Assembly: GCA_903913885.1 (NCBI GenBank)
Contig: CAIWMX010000002.1
Coordinates: 1,862 to 65,861, forward strand
Direction: 5' to 3'
Origin: an uncultured Bacteroidales bacterium
GTDB taxonomy: Bacteria; Bacteroidota; Bacteroidia; Bacteroidales; FEN-979
Length of the DNA: 64,000 nucleotides
The notes under the pieces are model-generated. The model ran no database searches. It was not told the DNA's origin and saw only the letters and a program-made list of their open reading frames with translations. Position 1 is the first letter of the stretch, and each line of letters begins with the position of its first letter. Positions 1-11,200 of the stretch are shown here, in pieces. The position numbers were made by a program, and so were the translations under genes.

Positions 1-1
1 C

Positions 2-3000
2 CAGACGACTCAAACCGCAACCGGGTTAATTGCCGGAACCTATTCGGTAACCGTTACAGACAGTTTTGGTTGTAAAGGGACTTCAAGTACCGTCATCACG
101 GAACCTGCACAGGTATTAACAGCCACTGCGTCACAGTCGCAGTCGGTACTGTGCAAGGGAGGCAACGGTGGTATCGCTACGGTCACTGCTTCCGGCGGCA
201 CGCCTGCATATTCGTATGTCTGGAATACACTCCCGGTTCAGAGCACGCAAGCTGCAACCGGCCTGATAGCCGGGACTTATACGGTAACGGTAACTGACGT
301 GCATTTCTGTACGACAACTGCCACCACAGTGATAACCGAACCTTCGGCCGCCCTCGCCGCCACCATTACAGCACATACGGATGTGTTGTGCCATGGTGGA
401 AACAATGGCAGCCTGGAAGTGAGTGTGTCGGGAGGTACCCCCGGGTATATATATTTGTGGAATACAACTCCGGCCCAGACAACAGCAGCTGTAAACGGGC
501 TCACTCAGGGCACTTATGTGGTAACAGTTACAGATACTCATTCGTGTACAACAACCGCAACCGCCGTGATCACTGAACCTGCTGCCGCACTGGCCGCTTC
601 CATCAGCACACAAAATAATGTATTGTGTCATGGTGGAAACAATGGCACAGCAACAGTCAGTGTGTCAGGAGGAACACAGGCTTACGCTTACCTGTGGAGC
701 AACTCCCAGACAAATGCTACAGCGTCTGATCTGACAGTGGGTACATATACAGTCACCGTGACAGATGCCCATTCCTGCACCACCACAACCAGCGCTACGA
801 TCACGGAACCTGCAAGCGCATTATCAGCCATTGCCGTACAAACACATTCCGTGTTGTGCAAGGGTAATAATGATGGCATTGCATCGGTCACTGCTTCTGG
901 CGGCACACCCGGATATAGTTACCGCTGGAATGACGCGGCAGCTCAAACTGGCAATATTGCCACGGGTCTTGTAGCCGGCACTTATACGGTTACGGTTACG
1001 GATTCGCACTCCTGCACGACAACAGCTTCCACAATTATTACAGAGCCTTCGGCCGTGCTTGCAGCCTCAATTTCCGCGCATACAGATGTTGCATGCCACG
1101 GTGAAAACAATGGCAGCCTTTCAGTGAGCGCTTCAGGCGGCACCCCGGGATATGCCTACTTATGGAATACCACTCCGTCGCAAACAGCCTCTGTTGCAAC
1201 GGGTCTTATCCATGGCACCTATACCGTGACAGTAACTGATACACATTCATGTCAGACAACTGCGACCGCTGTGATTACTGAACCTTCAGCTTCACTTGAA
1301 GCCGCCATAGGCGCACAAACAAATGTGCTGTGCCACGGCGGAAACAATGGAAGTGCAACGGTGTCAGTCTCTGGAGGTACTTTAGCCTATACCTACCTGT
1401 GGAACAATGCTCAGACATCGGCCACAGCTTCATCTCTCACAGCAGGCACCTACACGGTTACTGTGACAGATGCCCATTCATGTGCAACAACAGCAACTGC
1501 AACGATAACCGAACCGGGGGCCTTGTCTATTGACGGCACGATCACACCAGTTACCTGTTATACATATAGTAACGGTGCTGTCAATGTTATCTACTCGGGT
1601 GGCGTAACGCCGTATGCATACCTGTGGAACAACGGGGCAACGACGGGAAGTATCGGCGGACTTATTGCCGGGACTTACAGCGTAATTTTAACTGATGCTC
1701 ATTCATGCACCCTGTCACAAAGCTGGATCGTTACCCAGCCGGCTGCATGGTCGGTCGATATTACCGGGCCTGATGCTATCTGCTGCAATCCTGCAGGAAC
1801 ACCTGCACAATATTGTGCAAATGTCAGTGGAGCTTACTCACAGCCGCTCACATACCAGTGGGACATCCAGGGAGGCTCCATCGTCTCCGGGGCGAATACT
1901 TCCTGCATCAATGTGATCTGGAGTTGTTGCGGACAGGGTTCTGTAACCGTTGTTGTAACAAAGGCAGGCGGATGTCAGCTGACTACTGTAAAGACCATTA
2001 CAACCAGTCCGACACCTGCGCCTGTGATTACAGGACAGGTACAGGTCACTCCCGGCCAATCTGCAACCCAGTATTGCACGCCGTTTGTTTCCGGACACCT
2101 CTATTCATGGTCGGTGGTCGGGGGTAGTGTCACTGCAGGACAAGGAACAAGTTGTATCTCTGTTGTGTGGGGATCATACCCGTCATGCGGCTGCGGTTCA
2201 GTATCCGTGTCTGAAACGTCGAATGGATGTACAGGTACTGCAACCTTCCCTGTTACAATCATCCCGCCGGCTGTTGTGAAGATCTCCGGTTTTGTATCAT
2301 ACGATAACACCAGTATGACCAAAATGAATGGCGTAACCATTCAACTCCGGAACTCCTCTAACATGATAGTGGGAACAACTGTGACCAGCAACAACCCTGT
2401 AACCAACCAGCCTGGTTATTATGCCTTCATGGATATTCCGAATGATACCTACCACCTGAGTGGCAGTTATAACGGAACCTGGGGCGGCAATAACGCAACC
2501 GACGCACTTATCGTACAGCTTAGCATCGTAGGATCATATTCGTTAAGCGGACTGAGGGCCATTGTGGCTGATGTAAACGCAAGCTCGACCATCACGGCAC
2601 TGGATGCCCTCTATATTAAACTGAGGACGGTTGGATCGATTAGCTCTTACCCGGCCGGTGACTGGAAAGTAGCAGATTCAACGGTTATCCTGTCAGGACC
2701 AGCCTTACCGATCGATCTGAAGGTGCTTTGCTATGGCGACGTCAATGGTTCCTATATCCCTGTTGGCTTTAAGGAAACAACTTTCCTTTCAGTTATTGAA
2801 GATGGTGTGATGACAGTCCCTGTTGGGGAGCCGTTTATTTACAACATCCACAGCAGCAGGGAAGCTGACCTTGGGGCCATGACCCTGTTTATGGGTTATG
2901 ACGCTGATCGTTTCGAAATAGTCGATGTTGCCAGTGCGCTCGATGGTTTGAAATACTCCATCGGCAACGGTAAGATCGCTATTGCATGGGCAGATACAAA

Positions 3001-3460
3001 ACCATTAAAAGTCAAGGCCGATGATCTTGTGTTGAGCCTCAATATGCGTGTAAAGGAAAAATTGACAGAACCGGCGCGCGTGTTTGACATCAAGGCCGGC
3101 AGCGAATTTGCCGATATCCTTGCCAAACCGTATACCGACTATAACCTGAAGATGCCAAACCTGATGACACCTGATGGTACAGGTGGAATCACTCTGTTCA
3201 ATTACCCCAACCCGTTTGCCAACACGACGAGCATCTCCTATACGCTGCCACAGGATGGGCACTCCAGACTTGTATTGACCGATCTCTACGGCAATGTGAT
3301 CCGTACATTGGTCGACCGACAGGATAAGGCCGGCACCCATACGCTCGCAGTTGATCCTTCCGAACTGAACATGGCCGCCGGAGTTTACCTCTATAAACTG
3401 GTATTCGACAGCCCATCAGACACCTATGTAAAGGTCAATAAGATGGTCTTTACGCGATAA
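2..3460 (+). CDS. Large T9SS type A cargo surface protein, 5' partial: SprB repeats, Ig-like domains, carboxypeptidase-regulatory-like domain, dockerin-like, cohesin-like and type A CTD
   Basis: The frame of the 299..3460 ORF is open from base 2 (QTTQTATGLIAGTYSVTVTDSFGC), so the gene starts upstream of the window. It has about seven ~78-aa repeats (VLCHGGNNG..VSGGT..Y.Y.W..L..GTYTVTVTD..SC..ITEP) of SprB type, a dockerin-like ADVNASSTITALDAL, and a C-terminal NYPNPF...GVYLYKL...KMVFTR type A sorting domain. Confidence 0.9.
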   Translation, partial: QTTQTATGLIAGTYSVTVTDSFGCKGTSSTVITEPAQVLTATASQSQSVLCKGGNGGIATVTASGGTPAYSYVWNTLPVQSTQAATGLIAGTYTVTVTDVHFCTTTATTVITEPSAALAATITAHTDVLCHGGNNGSLEVSVSGGTPGYIYLWNTTPAQTTAAVNGLTQGTYVVTVTDTHSCTTTATAVITEPAAALAASISTQNNVLCHGGNNGTATVSVSGGTQAYAYLWSNSQTNATASDLTVGTYTVTVTDAHSCTTTTSATITEPASALSAIAVQTHSVLCKGNNDGIASVTASGGTPGYSYRWNDAAAQTGNIATGLVAGTYTVTVTDSHSCTTTASTIITEPSAVLAASISAHTDVACHGENNGSLSVSASGGTPGYAYLWNTTPSQTASVATGLIHGTYTVTVTDTHSCQTTATAVITEPSASLEAAIGAQTNVLCHGGNNGSATVSVSGGTLAYTYLWNNAQTSATASSLTAGTYTVTVTDAHSCATTATATITEPGALSIDGTITPVTCYTYSNGAVNVIYSGGVTPYAYLWNNGATTGSIGGLIAGTYSVILTDAHSCTLSQSWIVTQPAAWSVDITGPDAICCNPAGTPAQYCANVSGAYSQPLTYQWDIQGGSIVSGANTSCINVIWSCCGQGSVTVVVTKAGGCQLTTVKTITTSPTPAPVITGQVQVTPGQSATQYCTPFVSGHLYSWSVVGGSVTAGQGTSCISVVWGSYPSCGCGSVSVSETSNGCTGTATFPVTIIPPAVVKISGFVSYDNTSMTKMNGVTIQLRNSSNMIVGTTVTSNNPVTNQPGYYAFMDIPNDTYHLSGSYNGTWGGNNATDALIVQLSIVGSYSLSGLRAIVADVNASSTITALDALYIKLRTVGSISSYPAGDWKVADSTVILSGPALPIDLKVLCYGDVNGSYIPVGFKETTFLSVIEDGVMTVPVGEPFIYNIHSSREADLGAMTLFMGYDADRFEIVDVASALDGLKYSIGNGKIAIAWADTKPLKVKADDLVLSLNMRVKEKLTEPARVFDIKAGSEFADILAKPYTDYNLKMPNLMTPDGTGGITLFNYPNPFANTTSISYTLPQDGHSRLVLTDLYGNVIRTLVDRQDKAGTHTLAVDPSELNMAAGVYLYKLVFDSPSDTYVKVNKMVFTR

Positions 3461-3495
3461 CTTGCGGGGAACTTTGGTCATCCCCGTTTAAACTG

Positions 3496-3544
3496 CAACC
3501 CGGCAGAACTGGTCGATTTTATCCAGACTGCCGGGTTGTTTTTT
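3496..3544 (+). terminator. Rho-independent terminator
   Basis: CAACCCGGCAG (3496-3506) pairs with CTGCCGGGTTG (3528-3538), with an inner CTGG/CCAG pair, followed by a T run 36 nt after the stop codon. Confidence 0.85.
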
Positions 3545-3594
3545 GGCGCAAAATCAAGGCCGCTAAAAATATTTTATACTAAGTGTTGCATAAT

Positions 3595-3616
3595 ATAAGT
3601 ATACATATTATATTTG
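3595..3616 (+). promoter_or_regulatory. Bacteroidota sigma-A -7 element (TATATTTG) next to a near-palindrome ATAAGTATACATAT, a candidate MarR operator
   Basis: TAnnTTTG at 3609-3616. A 14-bp palindrome with one mismatched pair lies at 3595-3608, upstream of an SRPBCC-MarR operon. Confidence 0.55.
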
Positions 3617-3646
3617 CAGAATAATATAAACTTAACTTATAACCTT

Positions 3647-4066
3647 ATGTGGCACAAAACATATTCAACAGAAACGAATGAAGTATCAGGTCTTCAGGTA
3701 TGGACCGTATTAACCAACATCAACAATTGGGGTGACTGGGATGATGAAATTGAATGGATGGAACTGAAGGGAGAATGCAAAATTAATGCCGAATTCTACC
3801 TTAAGCCAAAGGGAGGGCCCAAAACAAAACTGACCGTTACCCAATTCGAAAAACCAGTGATATTTGCAGATGTCGCGCATTTGCCCCTGGCCAAAATGCA
3901 CACGATCCATACCCTGAAACAAAGCCCGACCGGATTGACAATCCAGGTTGATATTAAAATTACCGGATTGCTGGCTTTCCTATGGAGCAGGGTGATTGGC
4001 CAGAAGCAAATTGACGGGGGCGAGGCACAAAACCGGCGACTCATTGCAAAAGCGAAAACAGTATGA
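3647..4066 (+). CDS. SRPBCC / polyketide cyclase-dehydrase family protein
   Basis: VWTVLTNINNWGDWD motif and size. ATG at 3647 (MWHKTYS) is preferred over the TTG at 3614, which overlaps the promoter. Confidence 0.8.
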   Translation: MWHKTYSTETNEVSGLQVWTVLTNINNWGDWDDEIEWMELKGECKINAEFYLKPKGGPKTKLTVTQFEKPVIFADVAHLPLAKMHTIHTLKQSPTGLTIQVDIKITGLLAFLWSRVIGQKQIDGGEAQNRRLIAKAKTV

Positions 4067-4527
4067 AACGGGGAAAAAGTAGTTTTCAGGTTGAAAAGGC
4101 TGAAGACAGTCCCGGTTTTTTATTGTGGCAGGTGACAAATTTATGGCAGCGTGAAATTAAAAAGGCGCTGGAGCAATATGGGCTGACACATGCCCAGTTC
4201 GTATTGCTCGCCAGCACACACTGGTTAACATTGAACCGGGAGGAACTTACGCAAACGGCGCTTTCCACGCATACGAAAATTGATCAGATGACTACCTCCA
4301 CCGTGCTGCGTACGCTACAGAACAGAGGATTCCTGAATCGGGAGGAACATTCAACCGATACCAGAGCCAAAACAGTCACGTTGACGGCCAAAGGACTTGA
4401 AATAACAAAAAAGGCAGTTAAGACGGTCGAAAAATTTGACAACGATTTTTTTCAAACATTGGGAGCCCGGTCCGGCGAATTCAACGAAATACTCCTGGCA
4501 TTGCTGACCGGAAATACGGGAACATGA
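4063..4527 (+). CDS. MarR family transcriptional regulator
   Basis: GFLLWQVTNLWQR, LTHAQFVLL, a winged-helix DTRAKTVTLT, 154 aa, and an ATGA overlap with the upstream gene. Confidence 0.92.
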   Translation: MKRGKSSFQVEKAEDSPGFLLWQVTNLWQREIKKALEQYGLTHAQFVLLASTHWLTLNREELTQTALSTHTKIDQMTTSTVLRTLQNRGFLNREEHSTDTRAKTVTLTAKGLEITKKAVKTVEKFDNDFFQTLGARSGEFNEILLALLTGNTGT

Positions 4528-4599
4528 TTTTCTTCGAAGGATAATCAGCGGATTACCGGAAAAGATTTTTATTTTTGATTTCTTTTAAGCTAATTCCCT

Positions 4600-7575
4600 A
4601 TGTCCGGATCACAGAATGTTCTCAATCCCAAGAAATACTATTTCATTGATACCTCCTTCAACCTGCTGATGAAACGAAGGATATACCAGATCCTGCTTAT
4701 CTCCAGCACCTATGATTCATTCATGCTCGAGGAGGATGGCCGCATCGATGAAACCATCTTCATGGAGTATGTATCGCTTAACCTTCGCTATCCCCCGCAA
4801 TTCATTAAGGTGACGTCTGAAGAGGAAGCCTTTGAAGTGCTGGAGGACAAACGGATCGAACTGGTCATATCCATGCTGAACATCGAAAAGACTGACACGT
4901 TCGATATTGCCATGCGGATCAAAAAGCAGTACCCGAAAATCCCCATTGTCGTATTGACACCATTTTCGCGGGAAGTCAACCTGAAACTTGCCGAAAAGGA
5001 CCTGAGCGCGATTGACTACGTGTTCAGCTGGCTTGGCAATGCCGGCATCCTCCTGGCGATCATCAAACTGATCGAGGATAAAATGAACATCGACCAGGAT
5101 GTGAAGGAGGGCGTTCAGGCTATCCTGCTGGTTGAAGATTCAATCAGATTTTACTCATCCTACCTTCCCAATATTTATAAGATCCTGCTGAAACAATCCA
5201 AAACCTTCATGGCCGAAGGGTTGAACGAGCATAACAAGATGCTCAGGATGCGCGGACGCACAAAGATCCTCCTGGCCACCAACTACGAGGAGGCGGTGAA
5301 CATGTGGGAAAAATACAAAAATAACCTGCTTGGCATCATAACCGATATTTCGTTCATGAGGGCAGGGGAGACGGATAAGCAAGCCGGGATCAGGTTTGTT
5401 GAAAAGGTTCGGGCCGAGGATGAATACATGCCCATCCTGTTTCAATCAACAGATACTGAGTATGAATCGCTTGCCAGGGAAATGAAGGTTGGATTCCTAA
5501 ATAAGAATTCAAAGACCCTGTCGATAGAACTCAGGAACTACATCACCGAATATTTTTCGTTTGGTGATTTTATCTTCATCGATCCCCGGAATGGCCGCGA
5601 AATCACCCGCGCGGTTGACCTGAAATCGATGCAGGATAAGATTTTCGAGATTCCCGACGACTCGCTGCTCTATCACATGCAGCGCAATCACTTTTCAAAA
5701 TGGCTCAATGCAAGGGCGTTATTCCCCATTGCAGAGATGTTCAGGGAAGTGTCGGTCAACGCTTTTGCCAACGACATGGATGAGGCGAAAAGATACCTTT
5801 TCGACGCTATCACGGCGTTCCGCATCAACAAGGCCAAAGGGGTGATCGCTGATTTCGACCGCGACCGGTATGATGAGTATCTTCAGTTTGCACGCATCGG
5901 CGAAGGTTCCATCGGCGGTAAAGCCCGGGGGCTTGCTTTTCTTGATTCCCTGATCAAGCGAAACCGGCTGACCGACCACTATGAGGATGTGGTGATCACC
6001 ATACCGCGCACGGTGGTGCTTGGCACCGATATCTTCGACGAATTCATGGAGGAGAACAACCTGTTCGAATTCGCCATGTCCGATCGCAGCGACAAGGAAA
6101 TCCTTGCCCGGTTTGTCAAATCGCGCCTGCCCTTCAGGATACACGAAGACCTTTACCGTTTCATCTCCTGCATCAACAACCCGATCGCCATCAGGTCTTC
6201 GAGCCTGCTCGAAGATTCACATTACCAGCCGTTTGCAGGTATTTATTCCACCTACATGATCCCGAACATCAAGTTTAACGACCGGCTGATGATCGACAAA
6301 CTGAGCGAGGCGATAAAAAGTGTTTATGCCTCTGCCTACTTCAAAGACAGCAAATCATACATGGCGGCCACCCTCAACATGATCGACGAGGAAAAGATGG
6401 GCATTGTGTTGCAGGAGGTTACCGGCCAGAGGTATGACGACCGTTTTTACCCTGCCATATCAGGTGTTGCCCGTTCAATTAATTTTTACCCGCTTGCTCC
6501 GGAGAAGGCCGAAGATGGTATTGCGAATATAGCCTTCGGATTGGGAAAATATATCGTTGACGGGGGCAATGGGATCAGGTTTTCACCAAAATACCCGAAA
6601 AAGATCCTGCAACTATCAACCCCGGAACTTGCCCTTACCGATACCCAGAAATTCTTTTTTGCGCTCGATCTCCGACCCGAAAGTTTTTCGCCCGACACCG
6701 ATGACACGGTAAACCTGATGAAACTTCGTATAAAAGATGCTGAAAATGACCCCGTTCTTAAACTTGTTGCATCTACTTTTGATTATGAAAGCCATCAGCT
6801 GAAAGACGGTACTCTGGCTAGTGGGAAACGCCTCATTACTTTTGCACCTTTGCTCCAGCATGGAACATTTCCGCTGGCCGAGATTCTGGCCCAGGTCCTG
6901 GAGATCGGTCAACGGGAAATGAACAAACCGGTTGAAATTGAATTTGCTGTCAACCTCGATATGCCCAAAGGGCAGCCGAAAGTATTCAGCCTGCTCCAGA
7001 TTCGCCCCATTGCCGGGCGGGATGTGACAATCAGCATCAACCCCGACATTATCATGAAAGATAAAACCCTGATGATTTCAAATTCAGCTCTCGGCAATGG
7101 CATCATCAAAGGAATATACGACTTCGTTTATGTTAAGCCAGAAGTGTTCAGTGCCGCGCATAGCTTGGAAATTGCCTTGCGGCTCGAGAAACTGAATGAA
7201 AAATTTCTTGAGGAAAAAAAATTCTATATTCTGGTGGGTCCTGGACGGTGGGGAACGAGCGACCCTGCACTGGGGATTCCAGTCAAATGGCCAGCCATAA
7301 GCGCCGCCCGCATCATTGTGGAATCAGGGCTCGACCACTACCGCATCGATCCCAGCCAGGGCACACACTTCTTCCAGAACCTGACTTCATTCAGGGTAGG
7401 CTATTTTACCATCAACCCCTTTATCAATGACGGTTTTTATGATATCGGCTACTTAAATAGTAAGCCGGCTTGCAGTGAGGATGAGTTTATCCGCCATGTA
7501 CGGTTTGATTCACCAATGCGCATCGAAATTGACGGGAAAAAGAATTTTGGGGTGGTATACAAGCCGGAGTTGTGA
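4600..7575 (+). CDS. PEP/pyruvate-binding (PPDK_N ATP-grasp) domain protein with N-terminal receiver-like domains
   Basis: IGGKARGL, AIRSSSLLED..FAGIY and EIEFAV..LLQIRP motifs. Receiver-like segments ILLISSTYD and ILLVEDS. Matches the ~990-aa Bacteroidales 'PEP synthase-like' family. Confidence 0.85.
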   Translation: MSGSQNVLNPKKYYFIDTSFNLLMKRRIYQILLISSTYDSFMLEEDGRIDETIFMEYVSLNLRYPPQFIKVTSEEEAFEVLEDKRIELVISMLNIEKTDTFDIAMRIKKQYPKIPIVVLTPFSREVNLKLAEKDLSAIDYVFSWLGNAGILLAIIKLIEDKMNIDQDVKEGVQAILLVEDSIRFYSSYLPNIYKILLKQSKTFMAEGLNEHNKMLRMRGRTKILLATNYEEAVNMWEKYKNNLLGIITDISFMRAGETDKQAGIRFVEKVRAEDEYMPILFQSTDTEYESLAREMKVGFLNKNSKTLSIELRNYITEYFSFGDFIFIDPRNGREITRAVDLKSMQDKIFEIPDDSLLYHMQRNHFSKWLNARALFPIAEMFREVSVNAFANDMDEAKRYLFDAITAFRINKAKGVIADFDRDRYDEYLQFARIGEGSIGGKARGLAFLDSLIKRNRLTDHYEDVVITIPRTVVLGTDIFDEFMEENNLFEFAMSDRSDKEILARFVKSRLPFRIHEDLYRFISCINNPIAIRSSSLLEDSHYQPFAGIYSTYMIPNIKFNDRLMIDKLSEAIKSVYASAYFKDSKSYMAATLNMIDEEKMGIVLQEVTGQRYDDRFYPAISGVARSINFYPLAPEKAEDGIANIAFGLGKYIVDGGNGIRFSPKYPKKILQLSTPELALTDTQKFFFALDLRPESFSPDTDDTVNLMKLRIKDAENDPVLKLVASTFDYESHQLKDGTLASGKRLITFAPLLQHGTFPLAEILAQVLEIGQREMNKPVEIEFAVNLDMPKGQPKVFSLLQIRPIAGRDVTISINPDIIMKDKTLMISNSALGNGIIKGIYDFVYVKPEVFSAAHSLEIALRLEKLNEKFLEEKKFYILVGPGRWGTSDPALGIPVKWPAISAARIIVESGLDHYRIDPSQGTHFFQNLTSFRVGYFTINPFINDGFYDIGYLNSKPACSEDEFIRHVRFDSPMRIEIDGKKNFGVVYKPEL

Positions 7576-8164
7576 GGTAGCGAAACACAAGTCTGCAACA
7601 CAGCAAATGTAACCCTTATAGATAGTTTCCCGTTTAACATGATCGATACCGGTCTGATTCAACATCAAAACAGACCAGGAACGGCGATATGTAAACAAAT
7701 TCACTAGTTGTCCGGGAAATGCCAGGTTGTCAAATATTTTTATGGCGTTCCCAACACATCATTTTCGCAACATGTTAGGAAGTCACGTGAAGTTACACGG
7801 TATTTATTACTAAGTTGCGAAATTGTTTTTATTAAAACCAAATATATATAAATGTTGTAAGCATTATACAATCAGTGTTTTATCTTTACAAAATGATTTT
7901 TTTGTCCTGTTTTTTTACGATCTTTGCAAAAAATTATTAAAATAATTTGAGTTTATCCCTGGTTGAGACAACTTTGTGTAAAATTAAAATGTTTACTTTG
8001 TCAATGATCAGTTCTGTTTTTTTACTAGTCCTGTTAAAACATTTGGATGCAGTCAGCTGCCAGATGATAATAAGATGTTGCGGTTCAGGGCATGGAAAGC
8101 GAAGCAGGGCTGGAATTCCGCCAGTTTACTGGCAGTTGAAGGGTTTAATTGATTGTTATTGCCC

Positions 8165-8182
8165 TGTGAAACTTGTTTCACA
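8165..8182. promoter_or_regulatory. Inverted repeat TGTGAAAC-TT-GTTTCACA, a candidate operator upstream of the giant adhesin gene
   Basis: Perfectly complementary 8-bp arms about 50 bp upstream of the ATG at 8232, within a ~650-bp AT-rich intergenic region. Confidence 0.45.
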
Positions 8183-8231
8183 ACAGTAAATTGTTTATTT
8201 TCACATCGGATCTATGATAACATATGTAATT

Positions 8232-11200
8232 ATGAAACGATATCTTCTAATTTTTACTGTTTTTTTCCTGGTAGCGTTCACCACCAGCCGCGGCCATGCA
8301 CAAACCCTGTTTGCCTCGTCGACAACTTACTGCGAGGGATCAAACGGGGTTACCTTCGGGGTTAACAATTCTGTTGCAGGAAATTCATACACGCTGCAGC
8401 AACTGCTAACCAGCTGGACAGATGTTGAGACCATCACAAGCGTTGCCGGGGGAACAGTTTCATTTCTCGGGCAATATTTATCAGGATCATACAGGTTAAA
8501 GCTTACGGTGATAACAATTAATATTACGCAGACCAATCTTCCCGAAAACGTATATAATGTCACAGGGGGCGGGGGGTATTGCAGCAATACGGTAATCTAT
8601 CCCAGCATTGGGTTAAGCGGAAGTCAGACGGGGTCTTCCGGCGTTATATACAAACTGTATAAGGATGGTTTATTTTATAACAACATCTGGGCTCCGGGTA
8701 CTGGTGGACCAATTGCATTTGGACAATTTTCAGCCCCTGGCGTTTACACGGTAAAAGCTGAAAGAAACGGTTGCCTGCGTGATATGTCAGGCAGTAAAAC
8801 GATCACGATTTATACAGCTCCAACTGTGAGTTTCACGACAACCAACCTCCTTCCTCCCAATCAATGCGGTGCCGTCTCCTTCACACCGTCAATATCCTAT
8901 TCACCTCCTGGGTCTGTAACACCTTATGTCTACAACTGGACCTTTGGGGCCAGCAGCAATCCCATCAGTTCAACATCCGCTGCCCCAACCTGCCAGTTTC
9001 CGGCCTATGGCACGGGAACCCAGTCATTCCCGGTTACCTTGCTCGTAACCGATAACAATGGCTGTCATGGCTCCTCGTCCAGCAACGTTACCGTACAGCA
9101 GCGGCCGGATGCAACGGTTGAATCGCAGAACGGATTCTGGAATAACTGCAATGCAGCTCCAAACGCATCGCAGATCGTTACCATTGTCAACAAATCTGTC
9201 ACCGCCGCTACTAACACAGGGTATACTGTCAATTGGAATGACCCGCTGGCGCCAGGCGTTTTATCCTTTACGCCAGCCCAGTTTCCCTATAATGGCACAT
9301 TAACTCATACCTATACCCAAAAAGGGACGTTCCTCCTCACAATAACAGCCAGCGGCCCCCCTACGACCTGTGTTGATACCAAAATATTTCCGTTATTCAA
9401 CGGATCAACGCCAACCGGGGGAATTACCTATGGACCCGGTATCCTGGAAGGGTGCAAACCTCATAATATTACTTTTTGGTTATCCGGTGATGCACAATAT
9501 AATGCGCCGACAACTTTTTATTATTTCAATTTTGGCGACGGCAGCGCTCCTCTTACGTTTACACAGGAGACGATGCCCCCCCTCGATCCTGATGGCAAAT
9601 ATCATATTACACATAGTTACAATGCGATATCTTGCCTGTTACCGGGAAACTCATTCACCCTGACTAATTATATTAAAAACCCCTGCGATTCGATTTCAAA
9701 CAATATTGGCGGGATAAAAATTTCGAAAAAATCCTCATCTGACTTTTTACGGACTGAATTCCCAAGCGACCCTATTTATGTGTGCGCCGGCGTTCCCCGT
9801 GTCTATACCAACAATACCGACATGGGGTGTATCATTTATGGCGGACAATCCTATAACACCACGACCTATCAATGGGACTTCTTTAACGACGGCACCATTG
9901 AAAGTCTCGTAAAGGATCCAACCTTTACTTTTCCTAACCCGGGACTGTATTATGTCAAACTCGACTCCTATACGGGTGAGTCGATTCCCGGGAACTGCGG
10001 CGACAGTGTGATCATACGCCAGGTGTGCGTGCAGGCGGTCCCTGTTGCCGATTTCACCATTCCTGCGACACTATGCGTCAATACACCCTTTATTCCTGTT
10101 AATAACAGCACTTCGGGACCGGCTTGCGCTCTTCCTCATTATGCCTGGGCCGTATCACCCAACTCTGGATATACTTTTGTTGGTGGAACGAATGTAAACA
10201 GTTTTCAGCCAACCTTTAATTTTACAGTGCCGGGAGCTTATGCCATCACGCTCATCCTGACCGTTAACTCAGGCCTATCAACCTGTAACACGGTTACCGA
10301 CCAGCAAATCATCATCATCAAGGGCCCCCCTTCAATAACAGTAAATCAGCCACCACCCATCACATTATGCGGCCCGGGAAATGTCAGTATGGCCACGCTG
10401 GTTTCATATAATGCAAACATGGGGGTGATCACCGATTACCTCTGGACAGTTTCGCCTCCGACTGCTGTCATTTCTGACCCCACCATTCCTTTTCCAACCA
10501 TCACCATTCCGGGAAATATTTCACAGACCTACACCTTGACAGTTTCCGTTGCAAACGAATGCGGCACCACTTTGTCGGCCCCGGTCACCATTGATGTAAC
10601 CCAGACCATAAGCAACAATGTCATCACCTATCCGCCACCCGGCCTCACGGATGTTTGCAGCGGGATGACAATCAGCGACATTGTCGGGAATGTCCCCTCA
10701 GGAGGCAACGGCTTGTTTACGTATCAGTGGTTTATTGACGATGGGAGCGGGTGGACACTCATCAACGGGTCAACAGGGGGTACTTTACATTATACACTAC
10801 CCCTGACCGCGGACCCTACGAAATTCAAGCGCAGGGCAACATCGGGCAGTTGCACGGCAGAGTCAAACCAGATGGTTTTTACCATTTATCCAGCGATTCA
10901 GAACAATACGATTTCAGCACCGCTGAACCTGTGCAGTGGGGCAACACCGGCTATTGTTACCGGTTCGACACCGACACAGGGCAATGGAACGTATACCTAC
11001 GAATGGCAGCAAAGTACAGATTCCCCGGCATTTGTTACATGGGTGGATGCACCAGCACCGTTTAACCAGGTAAATTACACCCCGGGGGCATTGACCCAAA
11101 CTACGAGATACAAACGAATCGTTCATTCCGGCGTTTGTGACCTGGCGAGCAATGTTGTTGAATACACGGTTTACCCTGTGCCGGCTGTTTCCAGTGCTCC

